64,000 nucleotides of DNA from positions 1-64,000 of the IMG/VR virus record IMGVR_UViG_2029527006_000008. The stretch is one strand, 5' to 3'. Source of the stretch: an uncultured virus (IMG/VR IMGVR_UViG_2029527006_000008). Its lineage: Duplodnaviria; Heunggongvirae; Uroviricota; Caudoviricetes. Made by a program: the position numbers and the translations under genes. This document shows, in pieces, positions 17,782 to 28,621 of the stretch; within the stretch, counting starts at the first letter, position 1, and each line of letters starts with the position of its first letter. Under the pieces are notes generated by a model. That model did not search any database. It had not been told where the DNA came from and worked only from the letters and a program-made list of their open reading frames with translations.

Positions 17782-19923
17782 TTATGCCGCGTCGGCGGTG
17801 TAGTTGGTAACGTTATCCGCGAACAGATCGAACTCCATCATGTACTTGGCTTTGTTGAAGTAGCAGTACGCCACTACTTTCATCACAGCTTCGCCACCCT
17901 GGACGTTCTCAACCGGCTGAACCACAACGTTACACTTCACGTAACCACCGAGGTTGTCACGGACATCACGTTCGATGGCATCTTTAACCAGCGCGGCGTA
18001 GTTCTCTTCGCTGAGAGTGGTGTCACTGCACACCAGACCCCACTTGCTCTGTGCGATCTTCTCAATGGCGATACAGATCACAACAGGCACCTGATCTTTG
18101 ATCACTGAGTCGATAGACGTTGCATAGCCGGTCGGCAGCGCAGGACGGAAGAAACGACCGCTGTCGTACGGACGCAGTGTGATCGCACCCATGTCCAGAC
18201 CGTTCGCAGAGATGAGGTCATCTTCGAACTCGATGTTCGGCGAGTGCATGGTATCCAGGATACGATAATCACCGTGGTCCGGAGACATAGACACTTTGAA
18301 GATGCCTTCTGCGTTACCGCCAGCCTGAGCCCACTTGTGAGCGAGGTCCAGGTTACCAGACATCGGCCAGTCGTTGTCTTCGCTGTTCGGGATCGCTTCG
18401 ATCTTGTTCACAGAGAAGCGGCAAGACGCGGTGCCCCATTTCTCAGACTCTGGGAAGAGACGAGCAATGGAAGTGATCTGCGTAACGCGGGAATAGATAT
18501 CCGCGACTTCGTTGTAACCACCCGGCGTCCAGACAGAGCCGCAGAAACCGATATAGACGTCTTTACGAACGCCCAGCAGTTCTGCTGCTTTCTCTTTAAC
18601 TTCCATGGAATAACCAACATCCCACCAGAAGCTCTGACGGTTGATCATCACGTTCTGCTGTTCAGAAGACGCGATGTAAGCGGTCAGGTCAGCCAGAGTC
18701 AGCTTGTCGTTGATTTCCCACGCCTGCGCCTGGGTCATCGGCATTTCAACATTCGCCAGCAGACCGAACGGATCTTTAACCGCAGGAACGGTTACGTAAT
18801 CCGGCATTTTGCCTTCGTCGGTCAGGAACGGGGAGATACCGAACTGCGCCTGAATGGCATAGCTCATGTCCCACTTCACAACCACGTCGGTTTCAGAACC
18901 ATAGTACGGAACGCCGGTGTGGTCTACGCAGGTGAACGGGTTCATCTGACGGTAGGAGTATGCGCCGGTATCCAGCAGGTTGGTGTTCAGCGGTTTTTCC
19001 ACGGCATACATCATCTGGCAAAGCAGATCAATGTTTTCCTGGTAAACGATCGGCTCTTTGAACGGCGTAGGACGCAGCTCGTCAGTACCGCTGGTGATAC
19101 GACCGGTGAAGTTCTGCACGGCACGTTTCAACGAGTACTTGGTATCGTTGTATTCAGTGTCGAACAGCGTCAGCTGGGAAGTATCGCCGCCGTTAACGGT
19201 GTTGGCGTAAACGCGGATACCGTCATCAGTGGTTTCGAACATGCGCAGGTTGAACGGATACACACCTGTCGCAGAAACGAATTTGGCAGTGTTCTGCATG
19301 CTCAGGTTAGAACCGAACACACCGAAGTTGATGCCGTTTTTGTTGTAGGCATCGCCGATACCAGCCGGCAGTTCGAACAGCGGCAGCACGTGGGTATCCG
19401 GATCTGCTTCAGTCGCACCGTCAATTGTGCGGGTCTGCAGTTCGCCCGGGTTTTTGCCTTTTGCTGTGTCATCGATTTTGATCGAGATGTACAGCTTTTC
19501 AATGGTACCCGTCGGGATACGGTTGCCGTCTTTATCCAGCTTATACTGACCGGTGGCATCACGCTCATAGGTCGGCATGCTTTTCTTCTGCACGTAGGCA
19601 GAGAGCGGGATACGGGAAACCTGGGTGTTGGCCGTCAGACGACGAATACCTGCACGACCCTGACCACCCAGCGTGAGCTGTTTAATCAGAACGGCGTTCG
19701 GGTTGTAGTACAGCGAGTTGTCACGGAACACGTTGCCGTAACGGGCGGTGAACTGAGACAGGGGCATGAACTGGGTACCTAATTCACCCTTCGGAAGAAC
19801 CATGTGGATCACCGGAAGATGAATCGGGGTTGATGGAGCAACGGGCTGATAATCAGGAATACTGATATCACGAATGCCGTTGTTCAACACCTTACCCGGT
19901 ACGACAGAAGTAGTCGTAGTCAT
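17782..19923 (-). CDS. Contractile tail sheath protein (phiKZ gp29-like)
   Basis: 713 aa; N-terminal PG...GIRD...P.HLP pattern and WDVGY motif of phiKZ-type sheaths; highly biased codons. Confidence 0.8.
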   Translation of the reverse strand: MTTTTSVVPGKVLNNGIRDISIPDYQPVAPSTPIHLPVIHMVLPKGELGTQFMPLSQFTARYGNVFRDNSLYYNPNAVLIKQLTLGGQGRAGIRRLTANTQVSRIPLSAYVQKKSMPTYERDATGQYKLDKDGNRIPTGTIEKLYISIKIDDTAKGKNPGELQTRTIDGATEADPDTHVLPLFELPAGIGDAYNKNGINFGVFGSNLSMQNTAKFVSATGVYPFNLRMFETTDDGIRVYANTVNGGDTSQLTLFDTEYNDTKYSLKRAVQNFTGRITSGTDELRPTPFKEPIVYQENIDLLCQMMYAVEKPLNTNLLDTGAYSYRQMNPFTCVDHTGVPYYGSETDVVVKWDMSYAIQAQFGISPFLTDEGKMPDYVTVPAVKDPFGLLANVEMPMTQAQAWEINDKLTLADLTAYIASSEQQNVMINRQSFWWDVGYSMEVKEKAAELLGVRKDVYIGFCGSVWTPGGYNEVADIYSRVTQITSIARLFPESEKWGTASCRFSVNKIEAIPNSEDNDWPMSGNLDLAHKWAQAGGNAEGIFKVSMSPDHGDYRILDTMHSPNIEFEDDLISANGLDMGAITLRPYDSGRFFRPALPTGYATSIDSVIKDQVPVVICIAIEKIAQSKWGLVCSDTTLSEENYAALVKDAIERDVRDNLGGYVKCNVVVQPVENVQGGEAVMKVVAYCYFNKAKYMMEFDLFADNVTNYTADAA

Positions 19924-20058
19924 CGATTTTACCTCATAAGGATTTTTTGATCAAAAAATACGCGTCGACGTTTACCAGAAAACAATCGTATGTAATAGCT
20001 TATAGACCTTACACTTGTGTTATTTCATGGCACATAACATTCTATTTAGGAGTCTCTC

Positions 20059-20943
20059 ATGCTTATCAACGGTTATGATACCCTGGTAGGGAAACCGTTA
20101 AAAATCCAGGAGAACATCGGGGAAACGATTAAGATGTTGGCACTCCGCCAGGATCTTATCCCTACCACGAAGGCCGGTGTGTTTACGATTAATACCAGCA
20201 ACGGTATGAATCTCCCTATCTTTCCTCTTCCTATCACTTTGACGGGCTACGACAAAAGCAACATCACCGTTTATGATGAACGTCCTTTCCGTGATAAAAA
20301 CAACAAGGTTAACAGTGAAAGCGAATTGAACATCATTCGTTTGACTGCCTATGCGCAACAAGACGCCATTGAAGGCAACCACTCTATTCTGGTGTCAAGC
20401 AAGTTCATCTGCATGAAAGCCGTAGCGGGTGGGTTGGCTGACAAACTGGGCTTTAATAAAGGCCTGGATATGGAAGAGCGTCAGACGTTGCAAATTCTGC
20501 TGGGTCACTACATCAACTGTTTGTTTGAGGGTGATACTGCGGAGACAGGTTATATCAGTGCAAACGCCATTAAGTCAGTGTTCCGTATTGATAACAACTT
20601 CAGTCAGCGCATCATTGATGACATTGGTTTCCTGCACGACACTGCCGCAGTAGTCAATGCGATTAAAACCGAACCTTCTTTATTTAAGCTTAAAAACTTA
20701 ACCCTCATGGAATTCATTGCCGTGGGGTCGACGTTGAGCTTTATCGGTGCCGGTAAGCGTGTCGTGGGTGTGATGTTGGAGAGTCCGTTCCTGATGATCG
20801 GTTTTGTTTATGCTGCCTGTACTCACAAGCTGTATTCGAAAACCCCTATCGGAACTCAACTTGATCCGAAATACAACCGTGATCTAGTTGATGGGTTTGT
20901 TCGCACGATCTCCTACAACTACGATCTGTCTCGCGTGAATTAA
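20059..20943 (+). CDS. Virion structural protein (phiKZ gp28-like)
   Basis: 294 aa, AGGAG RBS, divergent from the sheath; synteny. Confidence 0.6.
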   Translation: MLINGYDTLVGKPLKIQENIGETIKMLALRQDLIPTTKAGVFTINTSNGMNLPIFPLPITLTGYDKSNITVYDERPFRDKNNKVNSESELNIIRLTAYAQQDAIEGNHSILVSSKFICMKAVAGGLADKLGFNKGLDMEERQTLQILLGHYINCLFEGDTAETGYISANAIKSVFRIDNNFSQRIIDDIGFLHDTAAVVNAIKTEPSLFKLKNLTLMEFIAVGSTLSFIGAGKRVVGVMLESPFLMIGFVYAACTHKLYSKTPIGTQLDPKYNRDLVDGFVRTISYNYDLSRVN

Positions 20944-20953
20944 GGTAACAGCC

Positions 20954-23563
20954 ATGGCACAAACAACTGCTTTGGGCTCTACGGCGTTTAACCCTGCCAT
21001 GGACTATGCAGTGCGTGCGTTGTGGTCTAACCCTGAAAATGACAAGCAGTTTCAGGTTAAGATCTGGCGCGTCACGCCTGACATCGGAGCTATCAACAGC
21101 TTTGGTTACATGGGTTCGCACCGTAAGACCCCGCTGGTAAACAAACGTTTCCATATCTACTCTGTAGCCGGTACGCATCCTGGCATGTGGAACTTGGGAG
21201 CGCGTTTTAAAACGGCTAATCCGTTTAACGTCTGGACCAACGCGTCGGTGATCTCTAAACGACGTGGTGTGCAACTTGACTTTTATACGGGTCTGGGCAA
21301 GCAATTCCCGCGCACAAAAACCTGGGTGATGTTCACGCAGGATGGCTTGGTGCTGATTGCATTTGAACAGCTGAAGTCTTTTCCTATCACGGTTAACGAT
21401 GACATGCACTTCCGCTGCTACAGTACGGATCTGGATATTACCAAATCCACTGAGGCCATGGATGACAAAGGCAACCCCTACGTCATGGAAAGCATGTCTT
21501 ACGAAAACACCACGGAATACGGTCGCTTTAAGCTGCGCTATTCGGCAGTAAAGGCACGGGCCGGATTTACAGGTGTGTTTGTTAACGGCATCTACCGTAA
21601 ACAGTTCCCTGAAGTCAGCGAGCTGGCGGTTGGTGATATGGTGGAGTTCTGGCACGATCCCACGGTTGAGCGCGTGTTGTATTACAACTATGCTGACCTG
21701 AAAGATTACTACTCCGACTTGGACAAGCAGCGTAAGTTTATTCTGCATCCACCCAAAGACGGTGACTTCCAGATTCGCTGGTTTGATGACAACGACTACT
21801 ATTTCGTCGATGGCAGTGGCAACGGGGTTTATTATCACCGCAATGCCGAAAGTGCCTGTCGCCAATTAACACATGCTGATGTCGCGATTAGCGTGAGTCA
21901 GCTGAAAGGTCACATGGAAGCACTGGCGAGTTTGCGTGATATCAGTACAGCGCGCATCATGGTGCTGCAGCGCAAGACCAACTGGGCCCTGCAGTTGCCG
22001 TGGGAACATCAGCGCATCCATCACCTCTATCGTCTCTCTGATGCCAACATCATGAAAGCGTTTACCGGCGAACGTTCAGTTATGCCTGAGTGGGCGGCGC
22101 CCGCGTTAGAGAACGGCCCGGTAATGTCGTTTATGCGCAGTCAGTGGGGACAGATCACGGCAGAAAGCGTTAACCTGGCTTTGGGTTATAATGCTGAAAC
22201 GCTGGCGATAAGTGCCACACCAATTTCTGCCGCTTATGACGCTGACACCAAAGGCGTTCCGATTCCGCCTACGTATCAGGAAACGTCCACGGTCTGGGAG
22301 TACGATGCAGAGGGCAAGCTGTTGGGTTACTACTGGCGTACCGGGTCCACGCACCTGATTCCCAAATACCCGACGTGTGCCAAGCTGGAATTTACTTATG
22401 GTAAACCGGCTCGTTCATTGAACTACCTGATCACCAACCAAAACGTCACGTTGCCGACCAAGGGTGAATTCCACGTTTACTCATCGGCGTACAGTTTCGT
22501 GAACGCCAAGATCACGGGCCCGTTGACGCTTCGTACCGGTACTGACTTCTATCATTTAGAGGGCAACCAGCTGGTATGGGATAAGTTGGATAAAGTCAAC
22601 CAGCGTGCCATTGTGGTGTATGACGACCAGTTCCTGTGTCATGAGTTCCAGTTAGATCATCTGGATCACTCGCTGTGCTTTAGCATCGATGATCTGTATG
22701 AAAACGTGCTGGGCAATCTCCCGCTGAACTTTGCACAGATTGACGTGTGGTTGAATGATCATCCGCTGATTGATGAAGTGGATTGGTTGTTCCGCGATCG
22801 TCGCTTCTTTATCAACAACCAACAGTTCCTGGTTGATGGTCCGCAAAAGATCACAGTGCGCTGCGTAGGTCAACACGCCGACATGACCAAACCCAAGCAG
22901 GAGTTAGAGCTGGGGTATGTGGAAGGGGGAGTGATTGGCAATCAGGCTCGCTACAACATCCGTGAAGACCGCGCAACCCGTATTGTGGTGGGCGGGAAAC
23001 TCATGCTGTTGAGTGAGTTAAAGACCGCTGAGACGGACACGCCGGATACCTACGACAATCCGCTTAATGGTTTGCCGTATATGGTGAAACACACCTACAC
23101 ACCGGTGAAGAACGTCAAGGACTTTGATTTCCACTATCTGTATCAGCGCAGTCGTGACACCGATAAACGGGTGATCGATTACCTGACGCAGTATGCTGAA
23201 AAGCCCACGATCTCGGTGGACTACAACATGCCGGAAAAATGGTTGTTGTACAGTCCGTTTATGAACGTGGTCGCCAATGCCATTAATAATGGTGTGTTGG
23301 TGGTGCCAGAGAAACCCGCTGATGAAGAGTTCTACAGTAATCAGGTGGTGAGCGATCTGGTGGAGATCTACAAATGGTGGTTGCCGTATGACCCGATCGT
23401 GTTGAAATATGATCAGCGTTATTTCGGTATTCTGCCGTATGCCAATCAGGAAACCCTGGTCGTGAAGAGCAATGAGTTCACGTTCCTTAAACAAGTCAAT
23501 GACCTTTACTTGCACGGCGTGCTGAGCATTGAGGGTTATTTCGAGGTGAGTCACAATGTTTGA
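20954..23563 (+). CDS. Virion structural protein (phiKZ gp27-like, baseplate/tail)
   Basis: 869 aa; YA...LW.NP..DKQ N-terminal pattern; synteny. Confidence 0.65.
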   Translation: MAQTTALGSTAFNPAMDYAVRALWSNPENDKQFQVKIWRVTPDIGAINSFGYMGSHRKTPLVNKRFHIYSVAGTHPGMWNLGARFKTANPFNVWTNASVISKRRGVQLDFYTGLGKQFPRTKTWVMFTQDGLVLIAFEQLKSFPITVNDDMHFRCYSTDLDITKSTEAMDDKGNPYVMESMSYENTTEYGRFKLRYSAVKARAGFTGVFVNGIYRKQFPEVSELAVGDMVEFWHDPTVERVLYYNYADLKDYYSDLDKQRKFILHPPKDGDFQIRWFDDNDYYFVDGSGNGVYYHRNAESACRQLTHADVAISVSQLKGHMEALASLRDISTARIMVLQRKTNWALQLPWEHQRIHHLYRLSDANIMKAFTGERSVMPEWAAPALENGPVMSFMRSQWGQITAESVNLALGYNAETLAISATPISAAYDADTKGVPIPPTYQETSTVWEYDAEGKLLGYYWRTGSTHLIPKYPTCAKLEFTYGKPARSLNYLITNQNVTLPTKGEFHVYSSAYSFVNAKITGPLTLRTGTDFYHLEGNQLVWDKLDKVNQRAIVVYDDQFLCHEFQLDHLDHSLCFSIDDLYENVLGNLPLNFAQIDVWLNDHPLIDEVDWLFRDRRFFINNQQFLVDGPQKITVRCVGQHADMTKPKQELELGYVEGGVIGNQARYNIREDRATRIVVGGKLMLLSELKTAETDTPDTYDNPLNGLPYMVKHTYTPVKNVKDFDFHYLYQRSRDTDKRVIDYLTQYAEKPTISVDYNMPEKWLLYSPFMNVVANAINNGVLVVPEKPADEEFYSNQVVSDLVEIYKWWLPYDPIVLKYDQRYFGILPYANQETLVVKSNEFTFLKQVNDLYLHGVLSIEGYFEVSHNV

Positions 23564-25280
23564 TAGTAGCCCTATTAGTCAAAACACTCGTGCCGCCGGA
23601 GCCAGCAGCCCTTCTGTCACTGCAAGTGGATTGCGTAAAAACATCCACTGGTTAGGCAACATCTGGAATCCAGATACCATGCCTGCCGCTGACTTTGACA
23701 AGTACGTGGTCCCCAAGGAGGGGGAACTCGTATGGGATCTGCAAGACACCGTGATTGTCTGGTACTTTGTTTACAAGGTTTACCAGAACACGTCTGAACT
23801 CCGTCGCGCCACGATCTTTAGCGATGAAGGTCAAACCACTGAAGATCAGGAAGCGATCTTTGGTGAGAAAGGTGGACCGTTAAACGGCGAAGGCATCATG
23901 GGGGTGGATTACTCTGTGCGCCCTAACCGTGCGCGCATTGACTCTACAGTAATGCGTCCTGGTGCCGCTTACGCTCTGTTATTTGCGGGTGACAATATTG
24001 ACCCAGATAACGGCGGTAAGATTATCTCCGCGGTGTATGACAAATCCAACAACATGGTGAACAACCAAGTTCCCGTGATGCTGGCGGCGATCAACAACTA
24101 CACCAATGCGGCAGTGATGACCACGGACGCCTTTAGCGTAACGTTAAACGCGGATGCGTTGCCCAACGGTTCACGTTGTACGCTGGTGTTCTTTGACCAG
24201 GGCGACATGGTGATCACGCCATCGCAGCGCATCGTGGTTCAGCACTGTTCCTATCTGCGCAACCGTGAGAAAGGCATTCGTTATATCCTGGACATCGAAC
24301 TGGTATCTGCTTGGTTTACTGATGCCAACGATCCGGACAAAATGATTCTGCCAATCACCACGCCGATCACCGGTATTGAGTTCCGCGCAATCGTTCACTA
24401 CAGCAACGGTGATAAAGCAGAGCTGGCCGTGAACGGTAACAAGTTCCAGCTGATTGGTTTGGATGAGTACCGTCCGAGCTATCCGGGGCAAACCGCTGAA
24501 CTGAGTCTGGTGTATACCTTGTCTGACGATGAGCAGTACTACATCGCACAGCCGGGACAGAGTGGGCGCAAAACCCGCGTGTACCAGATCATGGCCGGTG
24601 CAGCTCAAGGTGCCTATGCGCCGAAGATCTATACCTACCCGATTTGGGACAGCAAGGCGAGCCAGTGGTCGCTGCGTCACTTCATGTATGACCTGGATCG
24701 TAAGGCCTATGTGGAAGTGACAGATCTGGTTACCTTGAACGAGAGTTCACCTCCGTTCAAACCGAAATCATACAACACGTTGCAGGACCTGACCTTTAAC
24801 TTAATCCTTAAACAGGTCAGCCCTGAATACAACGCGACGATTTACAAGCAAGATACGTCAATCGTTCTGTATAAAGATGTCAATGGCCCGGATAAACGCT
24901 GGGGTGTTCAGTATGCGCAAGACAAGCCGATTTATGACGCTCTGTTTGCGAAAACAACGAACGCTGGGGCAACCACTAAGGTTAACCTCACCAACGGCTA
25001 CACCAAGTTTGATGACTGGTTACAGGCATTGTACTGGTCGGTGGTGCCGAGCTTTGACACCTTTAACGAGGAGAAAGCGCCTACTCCAAACATCGTGTAC
25101 GTGATGTTGCAGGACGGCAAACGCTTCCCGCTGTCGCTGACAGACTGGAACAAGGATCTTACTATCGGTGCCGCTCAGGGCAAAGGTCAGACCTTGTTGC
25201 TGTGCTGGGCACAGAAGGACGCCAACGGCAGTGAAAAGCAGTTGGCTATGACGGGTGTTACTGTAGATCTCGCTTCTTAA
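23556..25280 (+). CDS. Virion structural protein (phiKZ gp26-like)
   Basis: 574 aa overlapping the previous gene, directly upstream of terminase. Confidence 0.65.
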   Translation: MFDSSPISQNTRAAGASSPSVTASGLRKNIHWLGNIWNPDTMPAADFDKYVVPKEGELVWDLQDTVIVWYFVYKVYQNTSELRRATIFSDEGQTTEDQEAIFGEKGGPLNGEGIMGVDYSVRPNRARIDSTVMRPGAAYALLFAGDNIDPDNGGKIISAVYDKSNNMVNNQVPVMLAAINNYTNAAVMTTDAFSVTLNADALPNGSRCTLVFFDQGDMVITPSQRIVVQHCSYLRNREKGIRYILDIELVSAWFTDANDPDKMILPITTPITGIEFRAIVHYSNGDKAELAVNGNKFQLIGLDEYRPSYPGQTAELSLVYTLSDDEQYYIAQPGQSGRKTRVYQIMAGAAQGAYAPKIYTYPIWDSKASQWSLRHFMYDLDRKAYVEVTDLVTLNESSPPFKPKSYNTLQDLTFNLILKQVSPEYNATIYKQDTSIVLYKDVNGPDKRWGVQYAQDKPIYDALFAKTTNAGATTKVNLTNGYTKFDDWLQALYWSVVPSFDTFNEEKAPTPNIVYVMLQDGKRFPLSLTDWNKDLTIGAAQGKGQTLLLCWAQKDANGSEKQLAMTGVTVDLAS

Positions 25281-25284
25281 ACTC

Positions 25285-25320
25285 TAAGGTTACGGCGTAC
25301 GCCGTAACCTTATTCTTTTT
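25285..25320 (+). terminator. Perfect 28-bp palindrome/terminator before terminase
   Basis: TAAGGTTACGGCGTACGCCGTAACCTTA followed by TTCTTTTT. Confidence 0.75.
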
Positions 25321-25332
25321 ATGGACTGAGAC

Positions 25333-28300
25333 ATGTTTGCTGCTGAAATGAAAGAGAAAGATATTGCTGCGGATTTGCAGGCATATCTGGGGATTGAAAA
25401 GCTCCCCAAGTACTTTGTGGACGATATCCGCAAAGAAATTGACACGGAAAAAAAGAGCGATGATGAAGTGTTGCTCCAGCATTTCCGCGAAGACAGCTTG
25501 CACGGCATCAAAACCGTTCGCTTTTTAAAAGACTTCTATCACTACAACGCAAAGCCGGATATCACCACCAAGAATGAAAGCTTTCGTCGTACGGCAGACC
25601 TGTTCCGTCAACAGGGGATCAAGAACTATTACTTTATCCTGCAAATCAACAACCCTGCACTGATCGGGGTTAACCCACGTGATGAAGCCAATCTCACCAA
25701 CGAACAGAAGGTGTGGATTCACAACGAGTGTAAAGAAAACTTCTGGTACTGCTTGCGTGAAGTGCTGTGGTTAAAAGCCGGCCAGCCGTTTAAGGCCAAC
25801 CGCGGTAACATCTCCTTTATTTGGGCGTACCTCAACCACGTTACCACGTACAACATCATGCCGCGTCAGCAGGGTAAGGCGCAGGACGTCAAAAGCAAGG
25901 TGCGTGTTAAGCAGAACAGTGAATTCGACCCGGTATGGAAAGAACTGGGTGATATTAAAACTGGTGACATCATCATCGACCCGCATGGCGAGGAGTCATT
26001 GGTCAACGGCGTCTGGCCACAGGGTTATCTCCGCACTTATGAAGTCGAGATGAGCGATGGACGTAAAACCCGTGCTGCCACCGACCACATGTGGCGTTAC
26101 CGCACCAATGCCGACTGTGGGGAAAACAGCTGGAGCGAAACCACCACGGCGTTCTTCTTGGAACTGTTAAAGCGTGAGGATTATGCCAAGGACCCTATTG
26201 AGATTCCGCTGATTGAAAATCTCGAGAACAGCCGCAAGAAACGCGATCGTCTGGGATACCTTATGGGGGCGTTTCTCAACGCCGAAGGTTCTGTTGCAAG
26301 CGTTCCTTTGCCTAACATCAATGCAAGTCACCAGGAGGCGTTACAGGCGCTGCTAGACCGTGATTGTCCCGGTAAGTTCTCTGTACGTGTTGTGGGTGAA
26401 GGTTTAGAGATTGCGCGCGCTGATGGCGTTAACTTTGAGATCAACAACAGCATCGGCCTGCCGGTTAACCTGTTGGACAGTAACCTTGAAACACGTCAAG
26501 AACTGCTGCACGGTGTACTGGATGCGGTGGCGGAAGTAGGTCATGATGGTTTGCTGATTAAAACCAAAGACACTATCGGCATGCGACAGATTCAGTATCT
26601 GGTGCGTAGCCTGGGCGGAACGGCACGGTATGAGAAGAAGATTGAAAAGCTGATTATTACGCTGCCTGATCAAGTTCCCTACTTCCGTTTCCGTGATGAG
26701 TCTTTGCCTGTTTACGAAAACCGTTTGTTTGTTAAGAAGGTGTCGTTTTCAGGCGATCGTCCTTGCGTGTGTATCGAGGTCAACAATGATGATTCCACTT
26801 ATATCACGGATGACTTCATTGTAACGCACAACACGGTGTCGGTGCAGGTCATTGACTTCTGGTTAACGTACATCATGGGTCGTAGCTACAAGACGCACCT
26901 GGTGACGCTGAAGTCGGATAACCGCGCACAGTTCATTGAAGCGATCAAGAACATCCGTACGCAGATGCCGAGCTACCTGGTTAACCCGACCTACAAGGAC
27001 AAGGACAGTGGTAACTACCTGACCTATCGTAGTTTCGGTGAAGGTCAAGCCAACGTCTTAACCATCTCGGTTCCGCAACAGTCTGAAGCTGCAGCAGGTG
27101 ACTTGGGTCGTGGTCTTACAGTCGGTACAACCAACTTCGATGAGCCCGGTTACATCAACTACATCGAATCGATTGTCAACGGCTGTACTCCGTCTGCTCT
27201 GACAGAGATGGAGAACATGCGTGAGAAAGGGTTGCCTTATGCAATCAACTATATCACCACGCCGAACACTATCAAGCATCCGTCTGGTGCGTACATGTAC
27301 CGCAACATCATGAACTCCACGGAATGGCGTGAGAAGTTCTTTGACTGTTACAGTGAAAGTCATCTGGTGCACAAGTTGATTAAGCGCAGTCCGGTCAAAA
27401 CCACATCGCCTTCGGTGGCCATGATCTATAACTACCTGAAGTTAGGTAAGAGCAAGGACTGGGTGACCCGCACCATTGACCAGCTGAAACTGACGCTGTC
27501 TAAAGCCAAAATCGACTTGCTGTTGATGTGGGTAGAAGACGGTGAAGACCGGCTGTTCGATGACGTGACGCGCGAGAAGTTGAGTGATAACAAACGTGAT
27601 GCGGTGTGGAGCAAAGAGTATCGGGAAAGCAACCTGTACGTGGACTTCTTTGTTACTAAAGAAGAACTCGCCAAGATGTGCAGCCCGGATTACAACGACC
27701 ACATTATCATCGGCTGTGATACCTCGTCGGCAATCAATAAAGACGCCTGTACGGTGGTGTTGCGTAGCATGGTAACCGGTGACACCATTGGGGTGGGACG
27801 CTATCCTTTGGCCTTCCTAGATGATGTAGCGGACATTGTAGTGGATCTGCTGGAATCGATCAATAACAGCATGTTGATTATTGAACGTAACTACGCGCAC
27901 CACTTCATTGACAAGCTGCTGATTACTCTGCAAGCCAAAGGGTTGGATCCGTTTAAGAAAATGTTTAACCGCATTTACGACAACCCTGTCAAGTACGCTT
28001 CACAGTTTGAAGAAGTTAAACGTACCCGTGCCGGTGGTCGCACCAAAGAGTTCTACCTGCGTTTCAAAGAGTTCTTTGGCTTTAACACAACTGCTTCTAC
28101 GCGTAAAGAGCTGTATGACTTTATCCAGGAGGCGGTGGCGACAACAGGTGCAGGTCTGCATTACGATAAGCTCATTGACGAAATCATTGCGCTGAAAATC
28201 AAGAACGATCGTATTGACCACGAAATAGAAGGTCACGATGACTTGGTAATCGCGTGGCTGTTGAGTTACTGGTTTATCAAAGTAGGTAACAGTAAGAGTT

Positions 28301-28611
28301 ACTACGACATCATGCCGCATATGGCGTTAACGCGCACCAAGAACCTGTTGGCTGGCGGTGAGAAAAGTGTGTTCGAAGATCCGAAAGTCATGGACATGAT
28401 TGACCAAGTTCGTAAGCGCATTATTAAACTTACGGAGGAGTACATCAAAACCAATGACAATATTCTGGCAATGCGTTTGGAGTTTGAGATCAACAAGCTC
28501 ACCAAGCTGTTACCGAAAGAGGCGAAACGAATCCACACCATCGATACCACTATCGAGCAGGCCAAAATAGAGCGCAACCAGCGCATAATGAAACATCGCC
28601 AAGCGGCGTAA
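25333..28611 (+). CDS. terL: Terminase large subunit, intein-containing
   Basis: PRQQGK/T Walker A split by the intein, TNFDE Walker B, ITTP coupling motif, GCDTS and HDDLVIAW nuclease motifs. Confidence 0.93.
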   Translation: MFAAEMKEKDIAADLQAYLGIEKLPKYFVDDIRKEIDTEKKSDDEVLLQHFREDSLHGIKTVRFLKDFYHYNAKPDITTKNESFRRTADLFRQQGIKNYYFILQINNPALIGVNPRDEANLTNEQKVWIHNECKENFWYCLREVLWLKAGQPFKANRGNISFIWAYLNHVTTYNIMPRQQGKAQDVKSKVRVKQNSEFDPVWKELGDIKTGDIIIDPHGEESLVNGVWPQGYLRTYEVEMSDGRKTRAATDHMWRYRTNADCGENSWSETTTAFFLELLKREDYAKDPIEIPLIENLENSRKKRDRLGYLMGAFLNAEGSVASVPLPNINASHQEALQALLDRDCPGKFSVRVVGEGLEIARADGVNFEINNSIGLPVNLLDSNLETRQELLHGVLDAVAEVGHDGLLIKTKDTIGMRQIQYLVRSLGGTARYEKKIEKLIITLPDQVPYFRFRDESLPVYENRLFVKKVSFSGDRPCVCIEVNNDDSTYITDDFIVTHNTVSVQVIDFWLTYIMGRSYKTHLVTLKSDNRAQFIEAIKNIRTQMPSYLVNPTYKDKDSGNYLTYRSFGEGQANVLTISVPQQSEAAAGDLGRGLTVGTTNFDEPGYINYIESIVNGCTPSALTEMENMREKGLPYAINYITTPNTIKHPSGAYMYRNIMNSTEWREKFFDCYSESHLVHKLIKRSPVKTTSPSVAMIYNYLKLGKSKDWVTRTIDQLKLTLSKAKIDLLLMWVEDGEDRLFDDVTREKLSDNKRDAVWSKEYRESNLYVDFFVTKEELAKMCSPDYNDHIIIGCDTSSAINKDACTVVLRSMVTGDTIGVGRYPLAFLDDVADIVVDLLESINNSMLIIERNYAHHFIDKLLITLQAKGLDPFKKMFNRIYDNPVKYASQFEEVKRTRAGGRTKEFYLRFKEFFGFNTTASTRKELYDFIQEAVATTGAGLHYDKLIDEIIALKIKNDRIDHEIEGHDDLVIAWLLSYWFIKVGNSKSYYDIMPHMALTRTKNLLAGGEKSVFEDPKVMDMIDQVRKRIIKLTEEYIKTNDNILAMRLEFEINKLTKLLPKEAKRIHTIDTTIEQAKIERNQRIMKHRQAA
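25879..26832 (+). mobile_element. Intein (318 aa, Ala1, class 3-type) with a degenerate LAGLIDADG-like region
   Basis: Starts AQDVKSKV, block B ATDHMW, block F RPCVCIEV, ends FIVTHN followed by Thr+1; excision restores RQQGKT. Confidence 0.9.
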
Positions 28612-28621
28612 AGAGGAACCA

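Noticed and set aside
18244..19782. 512-aa plus-strand ORF antisense to the sheath gene (similar long antisense ORFs lie over the chimallin, PhuZ and head genes)
   Set aside because: Shadow ORFs arising from strong codon bias on the coding strand; no RBS, unnatural composition
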